A DNA stretch of 64,000 nucleotides from Tegillarca granosa. Taxonomy: Eukaryota. Numbering within the stretch: the first letter of the stretch is position 1; each line of letters opens with the position of its first letter. The stretch lies in the NCBI GenBank assembly GCA_029721355.1, contig CM056607.1:8403309-8467308 (forward strand), in the 5' to 3' direction. Under the pieces are notes generated by a model that saw nothing but the letters and a program-made list of their open reading frames with translations, was not told the DNA's origin and did not search any database. This document shows positions 23,346 through 35,500 of this stretch, piece after piece. Made by a program: the position numbers and the translations under genes.

Positions 23346-23815
23346 TCTTAATAACCAGACCGATTAAAATAACGTATGCAAATTTTATTCATGATCGTGA
23401 GGTCAGATCCGGGTCAGAGTGAAGGACTAACTAAATGAATGTGGGTCAAGGGCAATTGTTGCAGCAAATCACGATTTATTTTTTAAATATAAATGGTAAA
23501 AAATTTCACTAATGCCATCTTTTACGTATTTGGTGTTAATATTGATTTTTTTGTTGTATGTAAGGTTAAACTAGCAGTCAATCAGAACTGTCGTATCATG
23601 ATGTAATATTGGATCTAAATATAGAAAAATGCGTTACTGTATTTTTAACTTCATTTGGCGATTCAAATATCATTGTTATTATTATTTAGATTATTTTCGG
23701 AAAGTCAGCGTAAATAAATCTGATAATTCAGAATATTTTAGTGCTTTCCATTTTAATTTCACACATGATTAATATTTTCAGGTGACAATAGTCATAGTTT
23801 TGCCGTTAACGTTTC

Positions 23816-23817
<2 letters not shown>

Positions 23818-23870
<53 letters not shown>
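23818..23870. repeat. Poly(A) tract of about 52 nt inside the hAT element.
   Basis: Direct reading of the sequence. Confidence 0.9.
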
Positions 23871-23873
<3 letters not shown>

Positions 23874-24362
23874 AGACTTTTAAATGATAAATAATTCGTG
23901 ATTTAAATTTAAACGGGGAGCATTGGAAGCCTGTGCATGCATCTGTTTTTGCATTTTTCCTGAAAGATTGATGGGGGTTGTTTAAAATTTCAGTGCATGC
24001 ATTTTATTCTGTCAGGTAGTGATAAATAAACAAATAAATACAAATTAAATTGCGTTTTTATTCTTCATTTTACAAACAAGTTGCAATTAAAATGCTAAAT
24101 AGAATCTGGTACTGAACAGATGCCGATGGTGAATCATTTTATCTTCTGGCTCCAGTTTCCAAAAACTGGCGACAAAAATCCACAACTGGCGATTTTTTTT
24201 GGAACCTGTTTTTTAGGAGCCAGAGCAACCCCTGATTTACCATCGGTTGCACAATTTTGAAAAAAGAATCAGTTGTGAAACATACAGAAGGCAAAGGTAA
24301 TTAATTATATATATTAAACTTTGTATTGGATAATTAAAATTTATTCCTTCTCAGAATTAATT

Positions 24363-24418
24363 TAATGATAAGCTGTGTGTGTGTGTATGTGTGTGTGTTA
24401 GAGAGAGAGAGAGAGAGA
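24363..24418. repeat. Compound (GT)n(GA)n microsatellite inside a hAT intron.
   Basis: Direct reading of the sequence. Confidence 0.9.
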
Positions 24419-24597
24419 TTAAATTATTTATCCACAAAAATCTATATTATGAAATGAGTGTAGCAAGTATAATGCAAGATTGATTATAAATAGGGATCAT
24501 TTATATATATACTAGAACTGTGCATGTAAAACAAGAATTCTTTGAAAAATAGCAGTTTATTTCAATATATTGTTTCATTTCATTTTTTCTATTTCAG

Positions 24598-24785
24598 GTC
24601 TTAATAGCCATGCCCTTGCACTTGAGATTTCCAAACAAACTAATTGTATGGGTGCTGCCCGTGAAGTAGCCTTGTCCAAAAACAAACATGCCATAGTTTC
24701 TGCCTTACGCAATGTTTACTTTGCAGCTGTTAATGACTTATCAAACAGTACTGTTTCAAAACTTCATGAATTATGCATAGAACAG
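24598..24785 (+). CDS. hAT transposase internal exon (GLNSHALALEISKQTNCMGAAREVALSKNKHAIVSALRNVYFAAVNDLSNSTVSKLHELCIEQ).
   Basis: Acceptor is tttctatttcag|GTCTTA and donor is GAACAG|GTAAAG. It joins the next exon in phase 0. Confidence 0.6.
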
Positions 24786-24987
24786 GTAAAGAATATTTCT
24801 CTTTAAATAATTTAAAGACATCACCTTCTTATCATCTTTCAGAACATTATTTGAATTAAACAAGAATTTTCAGTGAAATTTTTGTTAATCGTTAACAATA
24901 CACCTCATTCAAAAGTATTTCACTTATTACATGTACTAAGTACTATAGTATTGTCATTATTAAACATGAACCTCTTATTCATTCCAG

Positions 24988-26568
24988 GGTGCCACACAAC
25001 TTAAAGACCTGGCAGTTGATGATCATACCTCTTATGCACATAATCAGAGTATTCAGGAGTTTCAGGCAGCTATAAGTAAGGTATTAGAGGATAAGTTGTT
25101 GGCTAAGGTTGAGGCTAGTAAGGAGTTCAGTATAATGATAGATGAGTCAACTGATGTATCAGTTCATCAGAATTTGTTGGTATATATCAGGATAGTTGAG
25201 GAAATAGGTGCTAGGTGGGAACCCAGGTCATACTTTTTAGGTGTCAGGCAGTTAGCTAGTGCTACTGCAGATAGTATTACTAGGGAAGTGTTAGATGTTC
25301 TCACTAGTAATGGTTTAGATGTAGGTGATATGGTAGGGATATCCACTGATGGAGCAGCAGTGATGGTAGGGTCAAAGTCAGGTGTTGTGACTAGACTGAG
25401 AGATTCTTCCCCCAGTTTGCTTGCTACACATTGTATTGCCCACAGGTTAGCTTTAGGTTGTGGTTCTGGTGCTGATAAAGTTCCATATCTGGTAAAGTTT
25501 CAGGAAATTTTGAATTCTATTTACAAGTATTTTAGTTTTTCTCCAAAACATATGGCAGCTCTTGAGAGTATTCAGGAAGTTATTGAAGGTGTTGAAAAGA
25601 GTAGGTTCAAACAAGTGTTTACTACAAGGTGGCTTAGTTTTGAGGGTAGTGTCCATGCTGTAGTAAGGAATTATTCATCACTGATTTCTGTGTTTCTTGA
25701 GGAGAATTCAGCTAAGGCTTTAAGCTTGTACAAGCCAGTGTCTACATACAAGTTTTTGTTCTGTGCACACTTTCTGTCAGATGTTTTGAAACAGTTGTGT
25801 TTTCTGAGTAAGATGTATCAGAAGTCTGATTTAGATTTTTCACAGGTGAACCCACTGTTAAGTTCCACTATTGTAGTTTTGGAGAATCTTAGGGACTCTA
25901 AGTGCAGTAGTGTTTTGGCTGAATTTCTTAGTGTTGTTCCATCTGAGCCAATGTTAGACAGTGACGGTTTATACACTTTTCAGTTTAAAGGTCACACAAT
26001 TAGAGATAGTGCCCAACAGAGAAAGGAGACTGTGTCTTCATGCGAGGCTTTTGTAGATCATACAGTGTCAAATCTTAAGGAAAGGTTCAGTGATGGTAAG
26101 GATGCTAAGATCATGTCAGCTATGTGTGCAGTTTTGAACCCTAGTTTAGATGGCCAGTTGAGTAGTGATGATGTTAAGACAGTTGGTGACTATTTGAGTA
26201 GTTGTGGTATTAAGGATTCAGCATGTTTTGCTCAGGAGTTATCTAGTTTTAATGGTTATGTCAAAGTTCAAGTTAATAAGAATAGTGAAAGTGTAAATTC
26301 TGTGAAGGATGTGGCACAGTTGGGCTTGAAATTGCTAGATATTTTTCCTGTGGTAGGGATTATGTGCAAGAGGTTTCTGACACTGCCAGTTTCTACAGTG
26401 GATTGTGAAAGAGGATTTTCAAGACAGAATCTGATTAAAACCTGTCAGAGAAACAGATTGAAAGAAAAGACTTTAGATAATTTATTTAGAATTTCAATGG
26501 ATGGCCAAAGAGAAAATATTGACTTTGATAATGTGTTTAAAGTTTGGGCAGGAGTAAAACCAAGATGA
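24988..26568 (+). CDS. hAT transposase main 3' exon (DESTD / DUF4371-like region plus hAT C-terminal dimerisation domain). Stop codon at 26566-26568.
   Basis: Acceptor is cattccag|GGTGCC. The open frame continues from 24988 through the annotated ORF 25096-26568. Motifs include IMIDESTDVSVHQNLLVYIRIVEE, ATHCIAHRLALG and the C-terminal FLTLPVSTVDCERGFSRQNLIKTCQRNRLKEKTLDNLFRI (hATC). Confidence 0.8.
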   Translation, partial: GATQLKDLAVDDHTSYAHNQSIQEFQAAISKVLEDKLLAKVEASKEFSIMIDESTDVSVHQNLLVYIRIVEEIGARWEPRSYFLGVRQLASATADSITREVLDVLTSNGLDVGDMVGISTDGAAVMVGSKSGVVTRLRDSSPSLLATHCIAHRLALGCGSGADKVPYLVKFQEILNSIYKYFSFSPKHMAALESIQEVIEGVEKSRFKQVFTTRWLSFEGSVHAVVRNYSSLISVFLEENSAKALSLYKPVSTYKFLFCAHFLSDVLKQLCFLSKMYQKSDLDFSQVNPLLSSTIVVLENLRDSKCSSVLAEFLSVVPSEPMLDSDGLYTFQFKGHTIRDSAQQRKETVSSCEAFVDHTVSNLKERFSDGKDAKIMSAMCAVLNPSLDGQLSSDDVKTVGDYLSSCGIKDSACFAQELSSFNGYVKVQVNKNSESVNSVKDVAQLGLKLLDIFPVVGIMCKRFLTLPVSTVDCERGFSRQNLIKTCQRNRLKEKTLDNLFRISMDGQRENIDFDNVFKVWAGVKPR

Positions 26569-27034
26569 ATTTTAAATTAATGAGATTAACTTTAATTGAT
26601 AAATAAAAGTAAATATTAAAATAGAGATTATAGAAGCGGCAAAAGATGACTTTAGTGCTTTGTAAATAGAGACAGAATGTATATATGTTTAAGTTATTAT
26701 ATGTGCGATTCAGGTCCTAGTGCTTTGTATTTTTAGTATTAAATAAATTTTTTATTTTAAAAAAACAGCATGATTTTTTTTATTATCATAATATTCACTG
26801 GTCATTTACATAGACTTCTATATATATATATCTTAATTCTGCAAATGATCATGATTATATACAAGTAACTATCATGGCCAAAAAGCTCATATGTCATGGG
26901 AAATTTTTTTTCTTCAAACTCCTCGCAAGTATTCACTATCGAAATTTGGAGATTTGCTTGGCCCAAAACAATTTGATTTGGCGAAAAAAAAAAAAAGAAT
27001 CTGGCGAAAATTTTGCAGAAAAGAAATTTGAAGC

Positions 27035-27048
27035 CAGTGTGAACCCTG
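27035..27048 (-). repeat. hAT right TIR.
   Basis: Reverse complement is CAGGGTTCACACTG. Confidence 0.75.
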
Positions 27049-29738
27049 AAAACACTTCCTACATTACAAAATGTCTAGTATATGTTTTTCCACATACAAA
27101 AGTTTTAATATGTTTATAACAATTAAACACTTCTTCAGCCTCTTCATTTAAAGCAGCTTAAATGGTAATGGCCTTATTTGGCCTCAAAACACAAACATTA
27201 TTCACCAATGCACAGCACTGTACCTCAAAGTGTGCAGGACTAATAGAATCTATCATATGCATCAGTGGTAGATAGAGGTATCCCACCCGAGTGGGCAGAT
27301 TTTGTGTCTGGAACGAGGCTATGCCGAGGCTACCACTGACACATGATTGATTCTTTTTCTCCCATCCCCGGCATTAACAATTTCTGGCTAATTTAACCCA
27401 AAACACGAATGGCTGATAGAAATTCCTATCTCTTAAATAACTGTCTAAATCAGAAAAAGAATACCACCATTAAAAAGACCGACTTCGAATCTTAGCATAC
27501 CGCAAAAAAAAACAAAAAAAAACAGGAATTCTTACATAATCACTTTAAAAAGGGAAAAAAACAATTGTGAAATCTACATGTAATGATCAGCTGTCGGGGA
27601 GTATTTTTAGAAAAAGTATTACTCACAGCTTGACCTATATAAGATATAGCTATACTTAAAAGTACATCTTATTCCACAAGTAGTATGTAGTGCATAAATG
27701 ACATGAAAATTAGCTTGGCTGCCACATGAAAACAGGAAAAATTATAACAGAAAAACATTTTAATAATATTATTGAAATAAATTGTGATTAAACTTGCTCC
27801 TGTCAGTGGAGGAAGTTACGAGAAGTTAAAAAAGTAATTCCGGCAGCACGAAGAGTGAGGATAAACAGCACGAGGAGGTGAAGTTAGAAATTTCTATTTT
27901 TTACCACCTTTTCTTCCATTGGAAATTATTATCTCAAACTTAGGGGGATGGGAGAAAATTATTTCTATGGCAATGAAAGTGATGTTTCCTGTAATAAAGA
28001 TGGTTTATGGAATATTTTTTTTTAATTAAAACATCATCCATTTCATTTTACTCAACTCAAAGAAGTATTAGTCATATGGTGGGCTGGGTTTTTACTGAAA
28101 ACATTAAATTGTTTTTGCTGTAGATAGTTCATAGATTTCACTCGAGAGGGAAATAAAAAAGATGTGATGTTGATATTGACTTGAATTGATATGAAATCTG
28201 AATGTTTAGACTACCAAGATGAACTTGTAAATTTTGATAAACTGCTCACGTTTACAAGAGACTAATAATTATTTATCAGTGATTTTATTTGAAGAGATAA
28301 AGTAATGTAAAGTAGACTACTATCTCACAGTGTATTACAGTAACTAACAATTAAAAAAAAAACACATAAATTTGGGTTTATTTTTTTGGTCTGACAATTT
28401 TTTTAGTTTTGTCAGACCAAATGTCAGACGGCAATGTCAGACACCTTTTTAACTTTCGGAAAGTCTGGACATCATAATATTAAGTCATCTTACATTGGTT
28501 TCACTCACTATTTCCGAAAAAAAAATAGAATTTACTCAATTTTAAATTTCCAATTCACAGTTACATTATTCATTTTCATTACATATAACTTGCAGTGTCA
28601 GGTAATAACCTTATAACAAGGATATCCTCATAAAAATTTCAAATGTGTCACACTCTTCCCTGTACCACTTACACCAAGATATCCAATTTTAGAACTCCTT
28701 CGATATACGTTAAAATAAATTTATAGTAAACAATCGGTTAAAAAGTCGATCGCGTACTATGACAACACAAGGAAAAACCCATGATCTATTTACCGAAAAT
28801 GTCCAACTTCTGTTATGAAACATGACACCGTCAGCTTTATTATTACACCTAAATTTTACAATGTTCAAAAATCCAATAGTCAAAAATTAAGATTGAACTT
28901 AGAATCGGATAAATAACAAATACACTTCTGTCACTAAAGCAATGTTATTTCTATTGGATAATCCATTGACAGTGACCTAGAAAGACTTGGGATTTTTTAA
29001 AAATCAACACAGAGCATTTTAGACGAAGCCCTCGTAGGTTAAAAAATTATGTCTTCCATTTAAATATAAAATGCATTTAAACTTAAAATTTTTAGGTTTA
29101 ATTTATAATGCATGAGAAATTGTCGTTATTTTTGGAACTTTAATATGCCACGCGGTTCGATATGTTCAATATGGTGTCCGTTGCTAGAGCAGAAGTTTCG
29201 ACACAGCTTGTGAAATTTCGCCTTTTTACAACTTTAAAAGATACATAAGAAACGTTTTGATGATATAAGAAATCGATTTATAATTATACATATTAATCGA
29301 ATAAAATTTCTTCAATAATTGGCGAAAATAATGTACAACAGTTGAATTTATCTAGTACCTTTTTTCTCAGATTCTTTCTCTCTACGCCATTACTTTCTGT
29401 GAAAGTCACGTGACCTGAAAATCGCGCCAAATACTACTACCTGTAGTTTCTACTTATTAAAGAGCACTTTACGAGTCTCAGATATACTGGTATATATAAA
29501 ATATATAAAAAATTACTAGTATGGTTTATTTTATCGGGTGAATTTTCCATTTGTCTACTCGAGGTCAATCGAATCAAGTCCCATGAGAGAGTGGCATAGC
29601 AAACTTCGGAATTTATGTCATATTTTTATTTCTTTTTTCCCCTATGCAAAAATTTTTGGGGAAATATGTCAGGGGTACTTAGCATGGACTCGGAGCTCCT
29701 TCTAAACTTAAATCCTGACATTGATTTATCGATATTAT

Positions 29739-31063
29739 TGTGGTAGCGTGATTTTAAGTATTTTATGTTTTATAATTGCATGCATATGCACGTCACTATC
29801 TTTAGATTTTAGATTTTAGTTTTCCTTTCTGGAGCCTCTACTTTACCATACTTATATCTATTATACTTACCTTATGCGCAGCGACATCTATAACTGTCAA
29901 TTCGTAGGATTTCATTGGTTGGGATATACCTGGTTTATATCATATTTAGATTGATATATATATATAAAGGTTGATTGGATGCCATCTTGTTTTGGACAGT
30001 GTTGAAGAAATTGTTAGAAATATCTCTAGTGTTTTGAATAAGGTCGTCTTTTTGAAAAGTAAGTACAGTTGTCAGTTTTGTCAAACTAAGCTTTTATTGC
30101 TCATGCCTGTTTATAAAGGTATTTCTCACATACTTACCCTTTCTTCCGTCATGTATCCAAACACTACATATAATATCCTTTCAAAATATCCATCTGTCAT
30201 AAACACTTTTATATTTATAAAACCTTACTTCTTTTTTAAAATGTGTAATCCAATAGTTCAATAATATAAACACCGTGCCGGTGATTGAACATTCACTGTG
30301 CAGGTAAAGGTCAAAATGCGTGTATATAGTGTATAAATAGAACTGTTGTGTTACACGGTGTTATACACTAATACTGTGAAGTATATATATATCGTATACC
30401 TAAAAAGCGTTTATGTTGTTATTGTGTTTTATATAGTTTTATTTGTATTGGTTGTAGATGTTCTGTAACATATTGTTAACACAAGTGGTATAAACAAGAA
30501 CCATCTAAGCAGGACTCTGTTCCACAAACAGGTATACATGCAATTTGATTGTTTTAATAATTTATTTGTGTTTGTTTAGAAAATGTCGGTTTTAGTTCTA
30601 GATACATTGGTATGAGTGCATAAAGGATGTTATCAAGGATTATGTCCCTTGACTAACCTGAATATTATTCGGCATAAGTATACATGCCAAATGTAGTTTG
30701 ATACATATATAAATCAGTAGTTGATAAATGTGAATACGATAACGGTTAAAATTGAATGATTTGATTTAATCTAAAATTACTACAAAGAACTGTAATTCAG
30801 TACTTTGTTGAATTGTATTAAACACCAAGTTATTTCCAGAACTTGCACTCAAAGATATTTGTATTATTTTAACCGAGAATATTTTATTGTATAGCTTCTT
30901 ACAATTGTTATATTGTTTCTTTGATAGGGTTGTGATTAGAATAGAACTAAATAGAATCGAATTGAGTTGAATTGACTGAATTGTATCGGAGATGTGAATT
31001 GAAATAAACAGAACCCTAGAGTAAATCGTGTGGTTATTTGTTGTGTACAGTAACCCTATTACA
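29739..31063 (+). repeat. 5' LTR (1325 bp).
   Basis: Identical to 37315-38639. Termini are TG...CA. Confidence 0.95.
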
Positions 31064-31066
31064 AAA

Positions 31067-31084
31067 TGGCGCCCAACGTGGGGC
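31067..31084 (+). other. Primer-binding site TGGCGCCCAACGTGGGGC, complementary to the 3' end of tRNA-Lys(CTT).
   Basis: Its complement GCCCCACGTTGGGCGCCA equals the conserved 3' end (...GAGCCCCACGTTGGGCGCCA) of metazoan tRNA-Lys-CTT. Confidence 0.8.
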
Positions 31085-31554
31085 AAAATTACAGATGGTT
31101 CAGCTTAACAACACAGATATCATAACATTTTCAAGACAGTTAGAACTTAGATTTCACTAGACAACATACGGCAGATTACAACATGGGTTCCGCGACTTCG
31201 TGACTTTTGAATTTGAGCTCTCTTAAATTTTGTATAATTATGAAATAAAGTGCACACTGAAATTGACTGTGAATAAACTTACCTGCAGGTTATATGGTGA
31301 TGTAGAATATAAGAGGTATTGAACTCACTGGTTAGTATTACGATGTATGTTTAGATAATTTTGTTTGAAGTTTATTTTGTTTTTTTTTTCTTGGTTAATT
31401 TTCATTTATTTATTTATTTTATTTTACATTTTAATTTTAAATCTATTTTTGCTTATTTTATTTTATTTTATTTTTCTTAGTAATTATTTAATCCAACATT
31501 ATTAATTCATCAAATTTATCCTTTTGTTTTCTTTTTGTTCTCAATTCTTTATAA

Positions 31555-31555
<1 letters not shown>

Positions 31556-31590
<35 letters not shown>
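31556..31590. repeat. (TA)n microsatellite in the retrotransposon leader.
   Basis: Direct reading of the sequence. Confidence 0.9.
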
Positions 31591-31593
<3 letters not shown>

Positions 31594-32571
31594 TCCTTTT
31601 TCATTTTGTTTTACATTTATTTTTGTTTGAAAAAGAATTTTTGAGGGTAACATACAGGTGCATGGTTAACCAACGTCTAACACATTGTTATTTGTGAATC
31701 AAATTGTGTAATTTAATTTTGGTTATCACAAGTGTTACAATTTTGGTACAGTATTATCAAGTGCGTGTGTAATGTATGTTTGTACGCACTACGGGTAAAG
31801 TGTAATTAAGTTTTAATTAAGATGTAATTAAGATCCTAGTGACAAGTGTAAAAGTGCACATCCAAAAAAAATCTACCCCTAACAGGTTGGCTTATACATA
31901 TACACATATTTATTATTACATTCCCTTCTCTTATACAATTGAACAACTATCGTTCTCGCCATACACATTTAAGGTGCTGAAAATTGTGGTTGTTACTTTG
32001 GTGTTGTTGAAGTGCATTTCCAGATATTATTGTTGTTATCTTAAGGGTATAATACTTTTACTTTCTGCATTGCTTCTTACCTTGTCTCTATGCTTAATAG
32101 GCTTCTTTTATCTTTATATCTGTACTGTTCTATCTTTTGCTTTTATTAACACCTTTAGCACTATACTTTCATTATATTGTTAGGTCCATGTTTAACTGGG
32201 GTATATTTTGATAGTACTCACATTGTACCCTAGCATATGTTTTATTTCAGAGTAGATGTAGTTCTACACCATATTATGGCACCATCTCCAGCTTACTTAA
32301 AGGTAAGTGAATAGTAACTAAGTTCAGTTCTAAACAGTTTTAAGAAGTAAAACTAAGAGGTACATATCAGGTAAGTATCTGTATATACTGAGGTTTAAAG
32401 GTAAGTAATCAGTAATAATAGCCATATAACTTTACAAAAGTAGGTATCAACAGTATAGAGATTTAAAAGCGATGTGATACATATAAATGTATACATATAG
32501 TGCTCATTTCAATAAGCAATCGGAGTAGGAGTCACAATTAATTCAGTTTTGTATTAACGCCAATAACAATA

Positions 32572-35500
32572 ATGGAACTTACAGAACGGGATCGGCGTAT
32601 AATTAAGGAGCTTAAGAAAGTAGTCCAGAAGTTAAACACAGAAATTGAATGCTTAAAAGAACAACTTGGTATGAGTCAAGTGTCAGCTCAAACAACCAAT
32701 TACTTACATTACAATGCTAATGAGTGGGCCACAACACAGACAACCTTTGATCAAAGTGAAGAATCATCATCATATTGTCAACAAAGAGAAGTCCAATGCT
32801 TTAGGTGTGGCCAGTATGGGCATCTCTCCTTTAGTTGTCGAGTGAGAATGGATCATAGGAGGGGACCTTTTAATTTTAGTGGACAACCACCTCCACCGAA
32901 GGACAGTAAGCAAAAGCCTTTAGATGGTATAGTCGGTTGTTCAAATGAAGTAACAATTACAATCAATGGTATTCACACAAAAGCACTTCTGGATACCGGA
33001 TCGACCGTATCCACCATCAGTCAGGATTTTTACAACAAACATCTGCAGTCGATACCGATCAGTCCAATAAATGATTTCCTGAATATTGAATGCGCAGACG
33101 GCCAGTCACTTCCATATGCCGGGTATATCGCCGCAGATGTTCAACTAGAAATTTTACCATCAGATCACACAAGTTGTCTTTTCCTAGTTGTTCCTGACAG
33201 TAATTACAACTCAACGGTCCCCATACTTATTGGAACCAATATTCTACAGGAAGTTATGACAGAGACCAGGAATCAGCACGGAGTTCGCTTTCTACAAGAA
33301 GCACAGTTAGAGTCACCTTGGTATATGGCATTTAGAACCATAACACTACAGGAGAAAGAACTCGAGAAACAAGGGCACAGACTAGCTTTGGTTAAAAGTG
33401 CTGCCAAGCAACGAATTATAATCCCACCTAACAAAGACGTCGTGGTCGAGTGTTACTTGGACAAGGAGCTACCATATAGGCCCATGTGTGCCATGGTACA
33501 TTCATCACCTGAATCAAACATTAATAATCTAGATGTTTCACCATCGTTGGTTAACTACAGGTATCATCGAACGGGCAGAATTCCAGTTTACCTTAGCAAC
33601 GTCACAACACAAACAATAGTTATTAATCCGAAAGCTGTTATTTGTGAGCTCCAGCCGGTGAATGTACTACAAGACCAATCAACAGCAAGTACACAGGACA
33701 ATGATATATTAAGTCAGGTAAAAATATCCGCAGACACCATAACCCAAGAACAGTTAAGAGTAGGACAAGTATTATTGAAAGAATACCAAGATATCTTTTC
33801 AACCTCTGATACTGATATTGGACATACTGATCAAGTCAGGCATAGGATCGACCTTTTTGACGACCGTCCTTTTAAGCAACGTCATCGCAGGATTCCTCCG
33901 GCAATGTTTCAGGAAGTTCGTGATCATCTTCAGCAATTGTTAGCAGCAGGTGTTATACGAAGATCACACTCACCTTGGGCTTCAAATATAGTACTAGTCA
34001 GGAAGAAATCAGGACAACTGCGTATGTGCGTAGATTACCGCCAGCTTAACCAGAGGACAAAGAAGGACTCCTACGCCTTACCACGCATTGATGAGATCTT
34101 GGATTCACTTGCAGGAAACAGATATTTTTCAGTCTTGGACATGAAGAGTGGCTATCACCAGATAGAAATAGAGGAGTGTCATAAAGAGAGAACTGCATTT
34201 ACTGTCGGTCCTTTAGGATTCTTCGAGTATGTTTCAATGCCATTTGGTCTCGCAAATAGTCCAGCGACATACCAACGGTTGATGGAAGATATTTTTAGCG
34301 ACATGAACCTAGACATCTGCTTAATTTATTTAGATGATATAATCATTTTTGCAAACACGTATGAGGAACATCTAGAGAGGTTAGAACGAGTATTTCAGCG
34401 TATTAGGGAATCTGGTCTAAAATTATCACCTTCAAAGTGTACATTTTTCACGGAAAAGGTAAAGTATGTCGGCCACATTGTGTCATCAGCGGGGATAGAG
34501 CCTGATCCGGAAAAGGTTGAAAAGGTAAGTAACTGGCCAGTGCCGAAGTCACCAGAAGAGGTTCGACAATTCCTTGGATTTATCGGTTACTACCGGAAGT
34601 TTATTAAAAACTTTTCAAAGATTGCTAGACCTTTAACAGATATGATGCCAGCTCCTAAGAAAAAGAAAAGGAAACATCAACAAATAGTTGCTCAAATGCC
34701 ATGGATTTGGGGAGAGGAACAGGAAGAAGCTTTTAAGATACTTAAGAATCAGTTATCTTTGCCCCCTATTTTGGCATATCCAGATTTCAGCCTTCCTTTT
34801 GAATTGCATACTGATGCTAGCATAAAGGGATTGGGAGCAGTGCTGTATCAGAAACAACAGGGACAGGACAGAGTAATAGCGTATGCCAGTAGGGGTTTAA
34901 ACAAAGCAGAAAGAAATTACCCGGTTCACAAACTCGAGTTCCTTGCACTCAAATGGGCCGTCACGGAAAAGTTCCATGATTACCTTTATGGACACAAATT
35001 CACCGTTGTGACTGACAACAACCCCCTTACATACGTGCTCACATCAGCTAAGTTGGATGCAACAGGACATCGTTGGATAGCAGCTCTAGCCTCATTTAAC
35101 TTCGATATTATATACAGACCAGGACGGAAAAATGCAGACGCCGATAGTTTATCAAGGCTACCGAGTACCACTCAAGATGACACAGCGACAGATATTATAA
35201 CGTTGGAATCTGTATCCGCTATTTGCAATTCAATGAATGGGACACCATATGTTGAATGTTTAGCTGTGTCCGTTGAAACTACAGAGGGACTATTAGATCC
35301 AAGAGATATCATCAATGAGGTAAATATAAGGAAGGAACAACAAGCTGACCCTTCGTTAAAATTTTGGATCGATTGTTTAAAGGATGGAATACGACCTTTG
35401 AAAACGCAGTTACCATATGGACAAATACATTCTCTTCTTTATAAGAATTTTAACCGCTTATTTTTGATTGATGATGTGTTATACAGAAAAGTTTTCATCA

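Larger units (their letters stand above)
21689..27048 (+). mobile_element. hAT-superfamily DNA transposon, about 5.36 kb, apparently autonomous.
   Basis: There are perfect 14-bp TIRs: CAGGGTTCACACTG at 21689-21702 and its reverse complement CAGTGTGAACCCTG at 27035-27048. The CAGGG start is typical of hAT. Subterminal TGGCGA(A/T)AAA repeats occur near both ends. The internal multi-exon ORF encodes a TTF-type zinc finger, a DESTD/DUF4371-like region and a C-terminal hAT dimerisation motif (LPVSTVDCERGFSRQNLIKTCQRNRL). No clean 8-bp target-site duplication is visible (only AAAAC on both flanks). Confidence 0.75.

Noticed and set aside
21681-27056. 8-bp hAT target-site duplication
   Set aside because: The flanks are aagaaaac and aaaacact. 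Only AAAAC (5 bp) matches in AT-rich sequence, so TSD is reported as unresolved.
31839-32183. 114-aa ORF in the retrotransposon leader as a possible capsid
   Set aside because: Low-complexity, hydrophobic, no Gag-like motifs.
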